DNA of 64,000 nucleotides. Source: Chlamydiota bacterium. GTDB lineage: Bacteria; Auribacterota; JACPWU01. The notes under the pieces are model-generated. The model had not been told where the DNA came from and made no database searches. It was given only the letters and a program-made list of their open reading frames with translations. Positions 18,215 to 27,537 of the stretch are shown in pieces (position 1 is the stretch's first letter; every line of letters starts with the position of its first letter). The stretch covers positions 20,621 to 84,620 of the forward strand of contig JACOUC010000034.1 in the NCBI GenBank assembly GCA_016178055.1. The letters run 5' to 3'. The translations under genes were made by a program, and so were the position numbers.

Positions 18215-18634
18215 ATGATTCCTAAGAACCCGTCCAAGCTTGCCCTACTCATTCAACATGCCTCTTATGAGAAATGGCATTTGGCGGCTACGCTTGCGGC
18301 AACGACAACCGCCATGGGGGGAGAAGTTCATATTTTTCTTTCTCATGAAGCTTTAATCTCTTTTGTCCAAGAAGAAATGGATTTGGCGCCTCCCCAATTT
18401 GCAAATAAAAAAATCAATGAATGCTATCAGACTTTTTTGGAAGAAGAAAAAATTTCTAAGCCCACTAACCTTTTCAAACGAGCCAAAGAGTTAGGCCCTC
18501 TCAAATTCTATGGTTGCTCAGAATCCGTCAAACTTTTTAGACTCCAGGCAGAATATACAAAAAAATTGGACGGTGTCATCGGATACATGACCTTCCTTGA
18601 TATTGCATCTGACGGAAGATTCATTGTTATTTAG
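18215..18634 (+). CDS. hypothetical protein, possibly DsrE/DsrF-like fold
   Basis: 139 aa; KLALLIQHASYEKWHLAATLAATTTAMGGEVHIFL pattern reminiscent of DsrE/TusD family; weak. Confidence 0.3.
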   Translation: MIPKNPSKLALLIQHASYEKWHLAATLAATTTAMGGEVHIFLSHEALISFVQEEMDLAPPQFANKKINECYQTFLEEEKISKPTNLFKRAKELGPLKFYGCSESVKLFRLQAEYTKKLDGVIGYMTFLDIASDGRFIVI

Positions 18635-18698
18635 TCGCCAGTCGCCTGTCACCAGTCACCAGGGGAAAAACCAATGCATTTCATTCACAAAATATGTT

Positions 18699-19292
18699 TC
18701 ACGAAAAAAAAAGTTCTATCACTTCATTGAGATTTGATAAAACAAGATCGGCTTGTGACAGATAAGAGGCTGGTAGTGAGGTTGAAAGGGCAATACAAGT
18801 AAGTCCTGCGCTCTTCGCCGCTCGGATTCCGTAGGGAGCATTTTCAATCACTATCACTTCTTCAGAACTTAAACCCAACTTCTCCAAACCCATGAGATAG
18901 GGCTCTGGATGGCGTTCACCGTGATGAACGTCACTGGCGGTAACCACCCCTCGAAAATAATTTAACACCTCTTCTTTTAAGAAAACCCTGACTTCGGAAA
19001 GAAAAGAACCCGTTACGATTCCTAAGCGATAGCCCTGCTGATGAAATTTTTCAATGCATATCCGGGCCTCTGGAAAAAGATGGGCGGCTTCCATCTCTTT
19101 CAGCCGTTTTTCTTTATCGAGAATAAGATTTTGAATGGTATCGGGATGAGGGGTCATCCCCACCTTAACCCCTACGGAGCGCAAAGCCTCTCGCCACGCC
19201 TGATCGTGAAGATGCATGCTATCGACCAAAACCCCATCGAGATCGAATAGAATACCTTTAAATTTTCTAGGCTCAAAATTTTTCCCAGACAT
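18699..19292 (-). CDS. HAD-family hydrolase (beta-phosphoglucomutase-like)
   Basis: 197 aa; ILFDLDGVLVDS motif I, GIVTGS motif II region. Confidence 0.75.
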   Translation of the reverse strand: MSGKNFEPRKFKGILFDLDGVLVDSMHLHDQAWREALRSVGVKVGMTPHPDTIQNLILDKEKRLKEMEAAHLFPEARICIEKFHQQGYRLGIVTGSFLSEVRVFLKEEVLNYFRGVVTASDVHHGERHPEPYLMGLEKLGLSSEEVIVIENAPYGIRAAKSAGLTCIALSTSLPASYLSQADLVLSNLNEVIELFFS

Positions 19293-19465
19293 CCCCTAAA
19301 CCCTTTCACTTTCACCCACTCGATTCTCAAAAATATTTTTAAACTTATCACTGATATTGGACCCCTTACAACTGATGATTAAAAATAATTGTGGTAATTA
19401 TCCCAGGACCCGTATAGAATCTCGTCGCGTTGACAATCCTAAAATTTAACCGGAGGCAAAGGATT

Positions 19466-19744
19466 ATGAATAAAGCAGAGTTGGTAGAAACAATTGTAAA
19501 AAACAAGAATTCGGGAATTCCTTCAAAGGCAGCAGCCGAGAAGGCCCTTGATTCTGTCTTGACAGCCATTCGAACCGGCCTTAAGAAGGATAAAACCGTT
19601 CAGTTGATTGGTTTTGGAAACTTTATGGTTAAAAACCGAAAAGCCCGAAAGGGAATCAATCCTAAGACTGGAGAACAAATTCAAATCAAAGCTAGCCGCT
19701 CCGTGGGTTTCAGACCAGGGAAAGCACTCAAGGCTTCGGTTTAA
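19466..19744 (+). CDS. hup: HU-family nucleoid-associated DNA-binding protein
   Basis: MNKAELVETIVKN..GFGNFMVKNRKARKGINPKTGEQIQI; RBS ggagg upstream of MNKAEL start. Confidence 0.85.
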   Translation: MNKAELVETIVKNKNSGIPSKAAAEKALDSVLTAIRTGLKKDKTVQLIGFGNFMVKNRKARKGINPKTGEQIQIKASRSVGFRPGKALKASV

Positions 19745-19760
19745 TTTTTTGACAGAAAAA

Positions 19761-19794
19761 AAGCCTCTGACATTACGTCGGAGGCTTTTTTTTT
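19761..19794 (+). terminator. rho-independent terminator after hup
   Basis: aagcctctgacattacgtcggaggc stem-loop followed by T9 run. Confidence 0.7.
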
Positions 19795-19816
19795 GTCTTT
19801 TTTATTTTCAACTCCT

Positions 19817-20848
19817 TTATTCAGGGATCAATAAAATCTTCCCGAAATTTTTTCTTTCGAGCATCCGCTCTTGCGCCCTGCGGGCTTCAGCAAGAGGAAA
19901 AATCTGATCAATTACGGCTTTAAGTTTTTTCTCCCCCATTAAACGAACCAAGGTGAGCAATTCACTCCGACATCCCATCATCGATCCCAAAATGGAAAGT
20001 TGACGTGAGAATACATAACGCAAATCGAGTTTGACCTCGTTTCCTGTTGTTGCTCCACACGTGACCAATTTTCCATTTTTACGAAGAGCAGTCACACTTT
20101 TCTCCCAAGTTTCTCTTCCCACATGCTCAAACACCACATCCACCCCTTGTCCATGGGTGAGAACACGGGCCTTTTTAGAAAAATCTTCCTTGGAATAAAG
20201 AATGATTTCATCAGCCCCCAACTTTTTAGCCCGTTCGCATTTTTCCTCTGTTCCAGCGGCCGCAATCACACGGGCGCCTGCCAATTTGGCAATCTGGATG
20301 GCCGCAGAACCAATGCCACTTCCAGCCGCAAGAACTAAAACGACTTGACCTGCTTTGAGGCAACATCGCGTCATTAACATATGCCAAGCCGTTAAAAAGG
20401 TGAGCGGAAAAGCCGCGGCCTCTTCAAAAGAAAGTGAGTCAGAAATACCGATGACATTTTGAAAAGGGGCCTTCACAAATTGAGCATAGCCTCCATCAAC
20501 TCCAGCCCCTAAAATCGTGTAAGATTGGCAAAGATTATCATTTCCAGACAAGCAATATTCACACTGAAAGCAACTTAAACCGGGAGCAACAATCACCCGT
20601 GTTCCTGTCTTTATACCCTTGACCTCATCTCCAAGGCCTGCAACCTCTCCTGAAACATCACATCCCGAAATATGAGGCAGCCTGATTTTATAAGCAGGGA
20701 TTCCTTGCCTAACCCAAATGTCGAGATGATTTAAGGAGCAAGCCTTCACTCGAATGAGGACCTCCCCTCTTTCCAGTTTTGGATCCGGAACATCCTCGAA
20801 ACTAATTTTTTCTGGACCTCCATGTTCATGAAAAATAGCGGCCTTCAT
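19817..20848 (-). CDS. zinc-binding alcohol dehydrogenase / quinone oxidoreductase (MDR family)
   Basis: MKAAIFHEHGGPEK.., GHEVSG-like ISGCDVSGEV, Rossmann LVLAAGSGIGSAAIQ. Confidence 0.75.
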   Translation of the reverse strand: MKAAIFHEHGGPEKISFEDVPDPKLERGEVLIRVKACSLNHLDIWVRQGIPAYKIRLPHISGCDVSGEVAGLGDEVKGIKTGTRVIVAPGLSCFQCEYCLSGNDNLCQSYTILGAGVDGGYAQFVKAPFQNVIGISDSLSFEEAAAFPLTFLTAWHMLMTRCCLKAGQVVLVLAAGSGIGSAAIQIAKLAGARVIAAAGTEEKCERAKKLGADEIILYSKEDFSKKARVLTHGQGVDVVFEHVGRETWEKSVTALRKNGKLVTCGATTGNEVKLDLRYVFSRQLSILGSMMGCRSELLTLVRLMGEKKLKAVIDQIFPLAEARRAQERMLERKNFGKILLIPE

Positions 20849-20938
20849 AAAATATCCTCCTAATGAGTTGATCATTTTCAAGAAGCATTGTATGATAACT
20901 TGATTTTTTTAGCATGAGAGAAAATTAAGGAGATGATT

Positions 20939-21253
20939 ATGGAAAACACCGTGCAGCATCAAAGTTTAGAATTGAATGACGATTTACTGAAAGAAATTTT
21001 TGCACTCTCTACAGCAAGTACAGACTATGAGGTCAATCTTGCGTACGATGCGAAAAACGAAGATTTTTGGCAAAAAGAAAATCTGAACGAAGTTTATAAA
21101 TTGGGCCAACAAAAAAGGGAATATGCCTTGGACTCCCTTAGGGGTGTCTTAAGCTGGCTTAACCGCCACAATTATGAAATTCATCAGGAAGGACAAAAGG
21201 TGGATCTTTCAAACATTTTGAATACACTCGTGCAGAAGGAAGAAGAGGAATAA
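20939..21253 (+). CDS. hypothetical protein
   Basis: 104 aa ORF with RBS aaggag; no recognisable motif. Confidence 0.3.
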   Translation: MENTVQHQSLELNDDLLKEIFALSTASTDYEVNLAYDAKNEDFWQKENLNEVYKLGQQKREYALDSLRGVLSWLNRHNYEIHQEGQKVDLSNILNTLVQKEEEE

Positions 21254-21262
21254 ATCAATTCC

Positions 21263-22534
21263 TTAATTTTGGATCTTGATTTTTGAATTTTGGATTTTTA
21301 AAGACACCACCACTTCGCAATGTTGGGTTTGAGGAAATAAATCAATGGGTTGAATACGGTCAAGGTGATATCTTTTTTTGACGAGGAAACTCAAATCCCG
21401 AGCCAGAGTGGTTGGATTACAAGAAACATAGACCACCTGAGGAGTCCCTAAAGTGACAAGGGATTCTAGAACACTTGGGGTACAACCGGCACGGGTTGGA
21501 TCAAGAATAATGCGATCGGGACTCTCCCCGAGATCTTTTTTTCCCTGTTTTAAAAATTTCTCTACACTTTTTTCAACAAATTTACAATTTGAAAGTCCAT
21601 TCTCTTGGGCATTGATTTTAGCAAAGGAAATTGCACTTTCGTCGGACTCCACGCCTACACATTTTCTAACCTTAGAACCTAAAAAAACACCGAAAAGTCC
21701 CACACCACAGTAAGTATCCAGCAAAAATTCATCCCCTTTAAGTTCTAAAAAATCCCGAACGCACTGAATCAGAAAAGGAATGGTCTCCAAATTCACTTGA
21801 AAAAAAGAGAGTGGAGGAACCTTGAAAGTTTTTCCATCCACCTTTAAAGAAATAAACTCAAATCCCCTTAAATCTACTTTCCCACAATGGCTTAAAAAAA
21901 ATTCCTCAACTCCATTTTCAGTCTCCCAAAATTTAATCCCTTGAGTCCATTCAGGGATATGGTCCTCTCCTTTAAGAATTTTTTGACGGAGCATTTGGTA
22001 AGCTTGATTAATTTGAGGAGAAGTGATTGGGCAATGATCCACGTCAATAACAGACTCGTTCGACCGATTCACAAAGCCGATTTTAATTTCATCTCTATCT
22101 CTCACAACATGGAAATCCACCCGACTACGATATCCATAAGCCTGAGAAGAACCAATAATAGGCTCTATTTCAAAATCTTTTAATCGTCCAATTCTTTCAA
22201 GGGCATCACGAACCTGATTCTCTTTTATTTTTAACTGGTGAGGATAATCAATATGCTGGTATTGACAGCCACCACATTCACCAAAGACAGAGCAGGAAGG
22301 TTTGATTCGATGCGAAGAAGGCTCTAAAATTTCTTTTACACGGGCCCGCAAAAATTTTTTTTTGACTTGAATCACCTCCGCTAAAACCTTCTCTCCATCA
22401 ATCCCCCCCTCCACAAAAATAACTAAACCGTCCAAACGAGCAACGGCTTCTCCGCCAAAGGCGATGGAATCCAATTGAAGTTCAATGAGATCACCGAAAC
22501 AATATTTTGATGATGGATTTTCCATAGGATTCAC
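21263..22534 (-). CDS. rlmD: 23S rRNA (uracil-5)-methyltransferase, TRAM-domain RumA/RlmD family; C-terminal [11 protein letters not shown] tail from Family A half-repeat
   Basis: 423 aa; TRAM N-terminus, 4Cys cluster, TYCGVGLFG SAM motif, DPTRAGC. Confidence 0.8.
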   Translation of the reverse strand: MNPMENPSSKYCFGDLIELQLDSIAFGGEAVARLDGLVIFVEGGIDGEKVLAEVIQVKKKFLRARVKEILEPSSHRIKPSCSVFGECGGCQYQHIDYPHQLKIKENQVRDALERIGRLKDFEIEPIIGSSQAYGYRSRVDFHVVRDRDEIKIGFVNRSNESVIDVDHCPITSPQINQAYQMLRQKILKGEDHIPEWTQGIKFWETENGVEEFFLSHCGKVDLRGFEFISLKVDGKTFKVPPLSFFQVNLETIPFLIQCVRDFLELKGDEFLLDTYCGVGLFGVFLGSKVRKCVGVESDESAISFAKINAQENGLSNCKFVEKSVEKFLKQGKKDLGESPDRIILDPTRAGCTPSVLESLVTLGTPQVVYVSCNPTTLARDLSFLVKKRYHLDRIQPIDLFPQTQHCEVVVSLKIQNSKIKIQN

Positions 22535-22544
22535 TGATGGAATT

Positions 22545-22672
22545 TTAAATCAAAAACCAAATATCAAAAATAAAAATGACAGATTAAAATCCAAAATGTA
22601 TCTACGCTTAGTTTTGTGAAAAATTTCGATCTTTGATTTGTCATTTTGATATTTGCATTTTGATTTTTGATA
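22545..22672. repeat. Family A palindromic element (copy A7)
   Basis: aaatcaaaaaccaaatatcaaaaataaaaatgacagattaaaatccaaaat .. ctttgatttgtcattttgatatttgcattttgatttttgat. Confidence 0.8.
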
Positions 22673-22679
22673 TAAGAAA

Positions 22680-23753
22680 CTACTCTCCAACCTTTGTCCG
22701 CTTTAAGAAGGCTCCTCTCAACTGCCCACAAGCAGCTTCAATGTCTCGGCCCTTACTCCGACGATAAGTAACGGCAACGCCCAGCGCTCTCAGTTCAGCC
22801 ACGAAACTTTCTCCATGGAGAGAGCGTTCTAACTGAGTCCCTTCAATCGGATTATATTCAATCACATTAATACTATGGGCAATATTTTGGACCATGCTTG
22901 CCAAGGCACGGGCATCACTCACACGATCATTTACATCTTTCAAAAGCACATATTCAAAGGTGACGCGGCGGCTCGTGCTTTCAGAATATTTTTTTAAAAC
23001 GGCCATTAGCGTAGAGAGCGAATATTGATCATTGATCTGCATAATCTGGCTTCGAATCCGATCTTGTGTGGCATGAAGAGAAATACTGAGACGTACTTGA
23101 CTTAACGCCTCTCCTGCCTCAATCCATTTTAAAATCCCTGGGACATAACCCACCGTTGAAACCGTTATTTTTCGAGCCCCGATCCCTAATCCCCAAGGGG
23201 CTTTTAAAATCTGAAGGGTCTTCACTAAATTGTCAAAATTAAGAAGCGGCTCTCCCATCCCCATAAAAACAATATGCCCAGGGCGTTCTCCTTTTTTTAA
23301 ATCCGCAACAATGGCCAGAATCTGTCCGACCATTTCATGGGTTTCAAGATGTCGCTTAAATTTCACCTGGCCACTGGCACAAAAACTGCATTTCATGGGG
23401 CAGCCTACTTGCGTCGAAACACAGATAGTTTTAAAACGGGCTTGAGGCATCCATACAGCTTCCACCATTTCATCATCTGAAAGCCGAAACAAATATTTCA
23501 CACTCTGATCCATTTTGGAATGGGCCCGTTCCACCACCGAAAGATCATGAATTTGTACTTCACTTTTTAGGATTTCCTTTAACTTCTTAGGCAAATTTGA
23601 AATTTCGCTCACATCCTTATTCCCTCTGCGATAAACCCCATCCAAAATCTGCTGAGCCCGGTAAGCTTCAAAACCCCAGGCAAGACATTGCGCCTGAAGC
23701 TCTTCCAAAAGAAGACCCGATAGAAAAATTTTTGTTTTTTTAGGATTAGTCAT
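22680..23753 (-). CDS. rlmN: 23S rRNA/tRNA (adenine2503-C2)-methyltransferase, radical SAM
   Basis: 357 aa; CVSTQVGCPMKCSFCASG cluster; GMGEPLLN. Confidence 0.9.
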   Translation of the reverse strand: MTNPKKTKIFLSGLLLEELQAQCLAWGFEAYRAQQILDGVYRRGNKDVSEISNLPKKLKEILKSEVQIHDLSVVERAHSKMDQSVKYLFRLSDDEMVEAVWMPQARFKTICVSTQVGCPMKCSFCASGQVKFKRHLETHEMVGQILAIVADLKKGERPGHIVFMGMGEPLLNFDNLVKTLQILKAPWGLGIGARKITVSTVGYVPGILKWIEAGEALSQVRLSISLHATQDRIRSQIMQINDQYSLSTLMAVLKKYSESTSRRVTFEYVLLKDVNDRVSDARALASMVQNIAHSINVIEYNPIEGTQLERSLHGESFVAELRALGVAVTYRRSKGRDIEAACGQLRGAFLKRTKVGE

Positions 23754-23879
23754 GATTCATTTTTAATGTACACCCTTTTGGAGAGACTATCAGAGATTGG
23801 TGGCCAGACAAAGTTTTTTTGCTTCTCTAAACCCTAAAACAGAAATAGGAAGCGACAGACTTTTATTAATGGGATCCTT

Positions 23880-23960
23880 TCGCTTCGCTCAGGACGACGT
23901 CTGGCTCAAGCCCTTGCTCTTGAGTTCACGCGCCAATTTCGGTTTTAGGGTTAACCCTCA
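23880..23960. repeat. Family H repeat (TCTGGCTCAAGCYCTTGCKTCT..GTTCACGCG) copy 1; second copy at 45860-45925
   Basis: About 40 nt at roughly 80% identity shared between 23898-23945 and 45873-45920. Confidence 0.5.
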
Positions 23961-24116
23961 TGAGCATCATCGCCGCTCCAAAACTCACCTGCGTATATTC
24001 CCATTGACTCCGTTTGATTGTAGATGTAGCATCCTTTTCATGAACGAGAAAAAGTCTCCAAAATCTATTCCCACTCCAGAAGAAGTCCAGCGATACAACG
24101 CCTCCTCATTGAGGAG

Positions 24117-24329
24117 ATGCGAAGCCAATTTAAGGTTTTTGGCGAAGGATTAACCGGCTTTAGAAAAGAAGCGAACGCAAGATTCGACAGACTCGAAGAA
24201 GTCGTGACAGATACGCGTGAACGTGTCTCAGCGGTAGAGAATAGGCTCACCAAAGTTGAAACCCGACTCACCAAAGTTGAAGAAAGTAACGCTCGTATTG
24301 AATCCGATATCCGCATCATTAAAAACTAA
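24117..24329 (+). CDS. hypothetical small coiled-coil protein
   Basis: 70 aa; heptad-like ENRLTKVETRLTKVEESNARIESDIRIIKN; lies in accessory patch next to IS remnant; uncertain. Confidence 0.25.
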   Translation: MRSQFKVFGEGLTGFRKEANARFDRLEEVVTDTRERVSAVENRLTKVETRLTKVEESNARIESDIRIIKN

Positions 24330-24489
24330 ATCAAAGTTAAAGTCGACCTCGAAGAATTCACACTCCTTGAAAATCGATTGGTGATTGTCGAAAAACGACT
24401 CGCCGCTCTGGCCCATTGAAAAGTTGAGACCTCCCAAAGTTGCCAGGGAAAGCAAGGTTATAGTGGACCCCATTGTCTAGACATTTTTT

Positions 24490-24979
24490 TTAGTTGCTAT
24501 CACTTGTTTTTTGGTTCTTTTTTCTTTCTTTTCTGTGAATCAACGTGGACAGATGGATACCCCTTTCCATCCTATCTTTTCCACGTAGACTCGCTCGGGG
24601 TGTTCGATACCCAAGCGACTGATGAAATCGCTCGTTGGTGTAAAACTGGAAATAACGTTTTAAGCCCTCCTCGGCCTCGGTCATCGTCTGATACCCTTTG
24701 AGATAGACGTCCTCGTATTTCACACTTCTCCAAAGCCTCTCCACAAAGATATTGTCGAAGGCCCGCCCCCGACCATCCATGCTGATTTTGATCTTCCGCT
24801 TCTGCAGATGTCTCGTAAAATCGGCGTTGGTAAACTGGCATCCCTGATCCGTAAAGACCGATGGTAATCGGGTGTACGCCAAATTGAGAGGTCAATTCAG
24901 ATAAAGTCCGATCCCCCCTCAATGCCGCCAAGACAACCTTCGCCTTAAATTCGTTCGTGTGACTCTTCTTTATCCCCAT
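24490..24979 (-). mobile_element. IS3-family insertion sequence remnant (internally deleted: OrfA HTH N-terminus fused/frameshifted to OrfB integrase C-terminus)
   Basis: 24572-24979 frame: MGIKKSHTNEFKAKVVLAALRGDRTLSELTSQFGVHPITI (IS3 OrfA HTH); 24490-24882 frame: DQGCQFTNADFTRHL..SMDGRGRAFDNIFVERLWRSVKYE (DDE integrase C-terminal SMSRKGNxxDNAxxESFF pattern); total about 0.5 kb versus about 1.2-1.5 kb for intact IS3. Confidence 0.7.
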
Positions 24980-25070
24980 TCTGGATCCCTCCTTATGCCC
25001 ACCCTAGTTGAGGGCATCATTGTTGTCCAGTTTTTGGGGCCCAATACAGTCTCCTGTCTCCAGCTATTTT

Positions 25071-26912
25071 TTACTCTACCGTCACACTTTTGGCAAGATT
25101 ACGAGGTCGATCGATGTCACAGCCTCTATAAAGAGCAAGATAATAGGCCAGGAGCTGAAGAGGAATGACGTTGACGAGGGGTGAGAGTTCTTCAAGCGTT
25201 TCAGGGACTTCAATTCTATCGTCCGCTAATTCTTCTAAAACACGATCTTTAGAATTAGCAATGATGATCAGTTTTCCACGCCGTGCTTGAATCTCTTTTA
25301 CATTTGAAATCATCTTTTCATAAACACTTCCTCGGGTACAGATGCATACGACAGGAAAAGTTTTATCAATAAGGGCAATAGGACCATGCTTCATCTCTCC
25401 AGCCGCATACGCCTCAGCATGACTGTAAGAAATTTCCTTGTTTTTAAGAGCTCCTTCTAAGGCGGTCGGATAATTAAAGCCGCGTCCTAAATAAAATGAA
25501 CTCTTGGCCCGATAATATTTTTTCGCACAAGCCTTAATCGACTCTTGATGATCTAAAACCCACTGAATTTTATCAGGAATTTTTACGAGCTCTGATAAAA
25601 GAGTCTCTGCAACATCATCCGGCATCTGATGTTTGGCCCGGCCCAGATAGACACTCAAAAGATAAAAAGCCGCAAGCTGAGTCAAATAGGCCTTGGTGGA
25701 GGCTACTCCAATTTCAGGACCTGCTTGAGTATAAATCACGGAATGGCTTTCTCGCGTAAGGGTACTTCCGACGACATTGACGATTGAAAGAACACGACAA
25801 CCGAGTTCTTTGGCCTTACGAATACTGGCCAGGGTATCTGCCGTTTCTCCAGATTGACTGACCGCAATCACGAGTGTTCCCCGACTCACTTTAATCGGCC
25901 GATATCGAAACTCGCTTCCTAAATCAACCTCGACAGGAATATTGGTGTAGTGCTCTAAAATATATTTCCCGCAAAGACCTGCATAATAGGCCGTTCCACA
26001 GGCAATAATAATCACTCGGCGAATAACCTTGATTTGGAGTGAAGTCAGAATCTCAGACTCAAACCGGACCGACCCCTTTTTTAAATCAATTCTCCCCATC
26101 CAAACATTTTTTAAAATCCCTGGCTGTTCATGAATTTCTTTCAGCATGAACTTCTCAAATCCACCCTTCTCAGCCTGGTCCAAATTCCATGAGACATGAT
26201 CAATTTTAGAACGAACAGTACGGCCTAAAAGATTTTTGACTTTGCATTCATTTCTCTTTAAGACAGCCATTTGCTCATCCTGAAGATAAATGACTTTCCG
26301 TGTCTCTGTTAATAAAGGCGAAACATCACTGGCAATAAAATTTTCGTCTTTCCCTAATCCAATCACCAAAGGACTCCCTTTACGTGCTGCAATCAAAAGA
26401 TCCGGGTAGGCTTGATGCATGACTCCCAAAGCGTATGTTCCTTTAAGCTTTTGGAGGGTCTTCCGGACGGCCTCCTCTAAGGTCACTTTATCTTTCGCCA
26501 AAGTTTCTTCAATTTCATGAGCAATCATCTCCGTATCCGTATCCGAAGAAAAACGATGTCCCTTTTTTTGCAAAGCCTCTTTCAATTCTTGAAAATTCTC
26601 AATGATCCCATTATGAATAACGGCAATTGAACCTATGCAATCGCCGTGGGGATGCGCATTATGATCTAAAGGACGGCCATGCGTTGCCCAACGGGTATGT
26701 CCCAGGCCAATGCTTGAATCAAGATGAAGGGGCTCTATTAGCTTCACTAAATTCGCAAGAGGGCCCACTTTTTTTAGAATCCGTAAATTCCCCCTCCCAT
26801 TCATCACACTGAGTCCAGAGGAGTCATATCCACGATATTCCAATCGTGCAAGCCCATCCAAAAGAATGGGCACCGCATTTTTATGACCGATATATCCAAT
26901 GATTCCACACAT
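25071..26912 (-). CDS. glmS: glutamine--fructose-6-phosphate aminotransferase (isomerizing)
   Basis: 613 aa; MCGIIGYIG Ntn-amidotransferase start, two SIS domains, C-terminal ..SVTVE. Confidence 0.9.
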   Translation of the reverse strand: MCGIIGYIGHKNAVPILLDGLARLEYRGYDSSGLSVMNGRGNLRILKKVGPLANLVKLIEPLHLDSSIGLGHTRWATHGRPLDHNAHPHGDCIGSIAVIHNGIIENFQELKEALQKKGHRFSSDTDTEMIAHEIEETLAKDKVTLEEAVRKTLQKLKGTYALGVMHQAYPDLLIAARKGSPLVIGLGKDENFIASDVSPLLTETRKVIYLQDEQMAVLKRNECKVKNLLGRTVRSKIDHVSWNLDQAEKGGFEKFMLKEIHEQPGILKNVWMGRIDLKKGSVRFESEILTSLQIKVIRRVIIIACGTAYYAGLCGKYILEHYTNIPVEVDLGSEFRYRPIKVSRGTLVIAVSQSGETADTLASIRKAKELGCRVLSIVNVVGSTLTRESHSVIYTQAGPEIGVASTKAYLTQLAAFYLLSVYLGRAKHQMPDDVAETLLSELVKIPDKIQWVLDHQESIKACAKKYYRAKSSFYLGRGFNYPTALEGALKNKEISYSHAEAYAAGEMKHGPIALIDKTFPVVCICTRGSVYEKMISNVKEIQARRGKLIIIANSKDRVLEELADDRIEVPETLEELSPLVNVIPLQLLAYYLALYRGCDIDRPRNLAKSVTVE

Positions 26913-27013
26913 AAAAACTCATAATTAATTTTTTTCAAATGCTTGACATTACATGCTACTTTGCTACAATGGCCTTGTAATCACGATGAGAGCAGGTTCA
27001 TGAGGTTTCGTCC

Positions 27014-27512
27014 TTATGCAATTGGCTCTCTTTTTTTGTGTTCTAATTTATTTCTCAGATTATTCATAAAATCTAATTTATTAGGAGCAAAAGAGTTAAG
27101 CAACTTTGAATATTTATTAACGTTTGGAACTAGTAGTTTTAGCAATTTACTTTGTTTGTTAAAGTAATCAACCAAACAATAAAAGTCTCCATCCCCCGTA
27201 ATAACCAAGGCTTTTTCATAATGACTATATTCGATCATTGCATGTAAAACGAGCTCAGCATCAACATTACCTTTAATGTGACCTTCTCCATATCTTAAAG
27301 TTGGTTTGAATATAAGAATATATCCGCTGTCTTGAAGATTTTTATATAACGACTGATTTTCAGGAAGATACCCTATAAATAAAAAAGATTTGGTTATGCT
27401 GTATTTGTCCCTTAAATATACACGCAGTCTTTGAAAATCTAATATTCATCCTTGTTCTCGAATAGCTAAGTTGAGATTTTGACTATCTATAAAAACAAAG
27501 TTATTGTGTTTC
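27014..27512 (-). pseudogene. NYN-domain (LabA-like) protein interrupted by in-frame TAG and TGA
   Basis: Own translation of minus strand: ..EKHNNFVFIDSQNLNLAIREQG*ILDFQRLRVYLRDKYSITKSFLFIGYLPENQSLYKNLQDSGYILIFKPTLRYGEGHIKGNVDAELVLHAMIEYSH..ALVITGDGDFYCLV; stop at 27447-27449. Confidence 0.5.
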
Positions 27513-27537
27513 TCGATTACGAACTAATCTCTCTTTT

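Noticed and set aside
18060-18215. Possible small RNA (tccacccaagtggatgaaaattgagttcctcccctttggggtacaaaggaggggaatagcc)
   Set aside because: Contains a Family G-like GC hairpin and Family A arm fragments. More parsimoniously a repeat relic than a dedicated RNA gene.
26913-27013. Possible glmS ribozyme upstream of glmS
   Set aside because: Only about 100 nt are available before the next feature. No recognisable glmS ribozyme core (P1-P2.1 pseudoknot) is visible.
27447-27449. In-frame TGA in NYN gene as evidence of UGA recoding (code 4/25)
   Set aside because: prfB uses UGA as the frameshift stop and many well-conserved genes terminate at TGA in this window, so standard code 11 applies and the NYN gene is a pseudogene.
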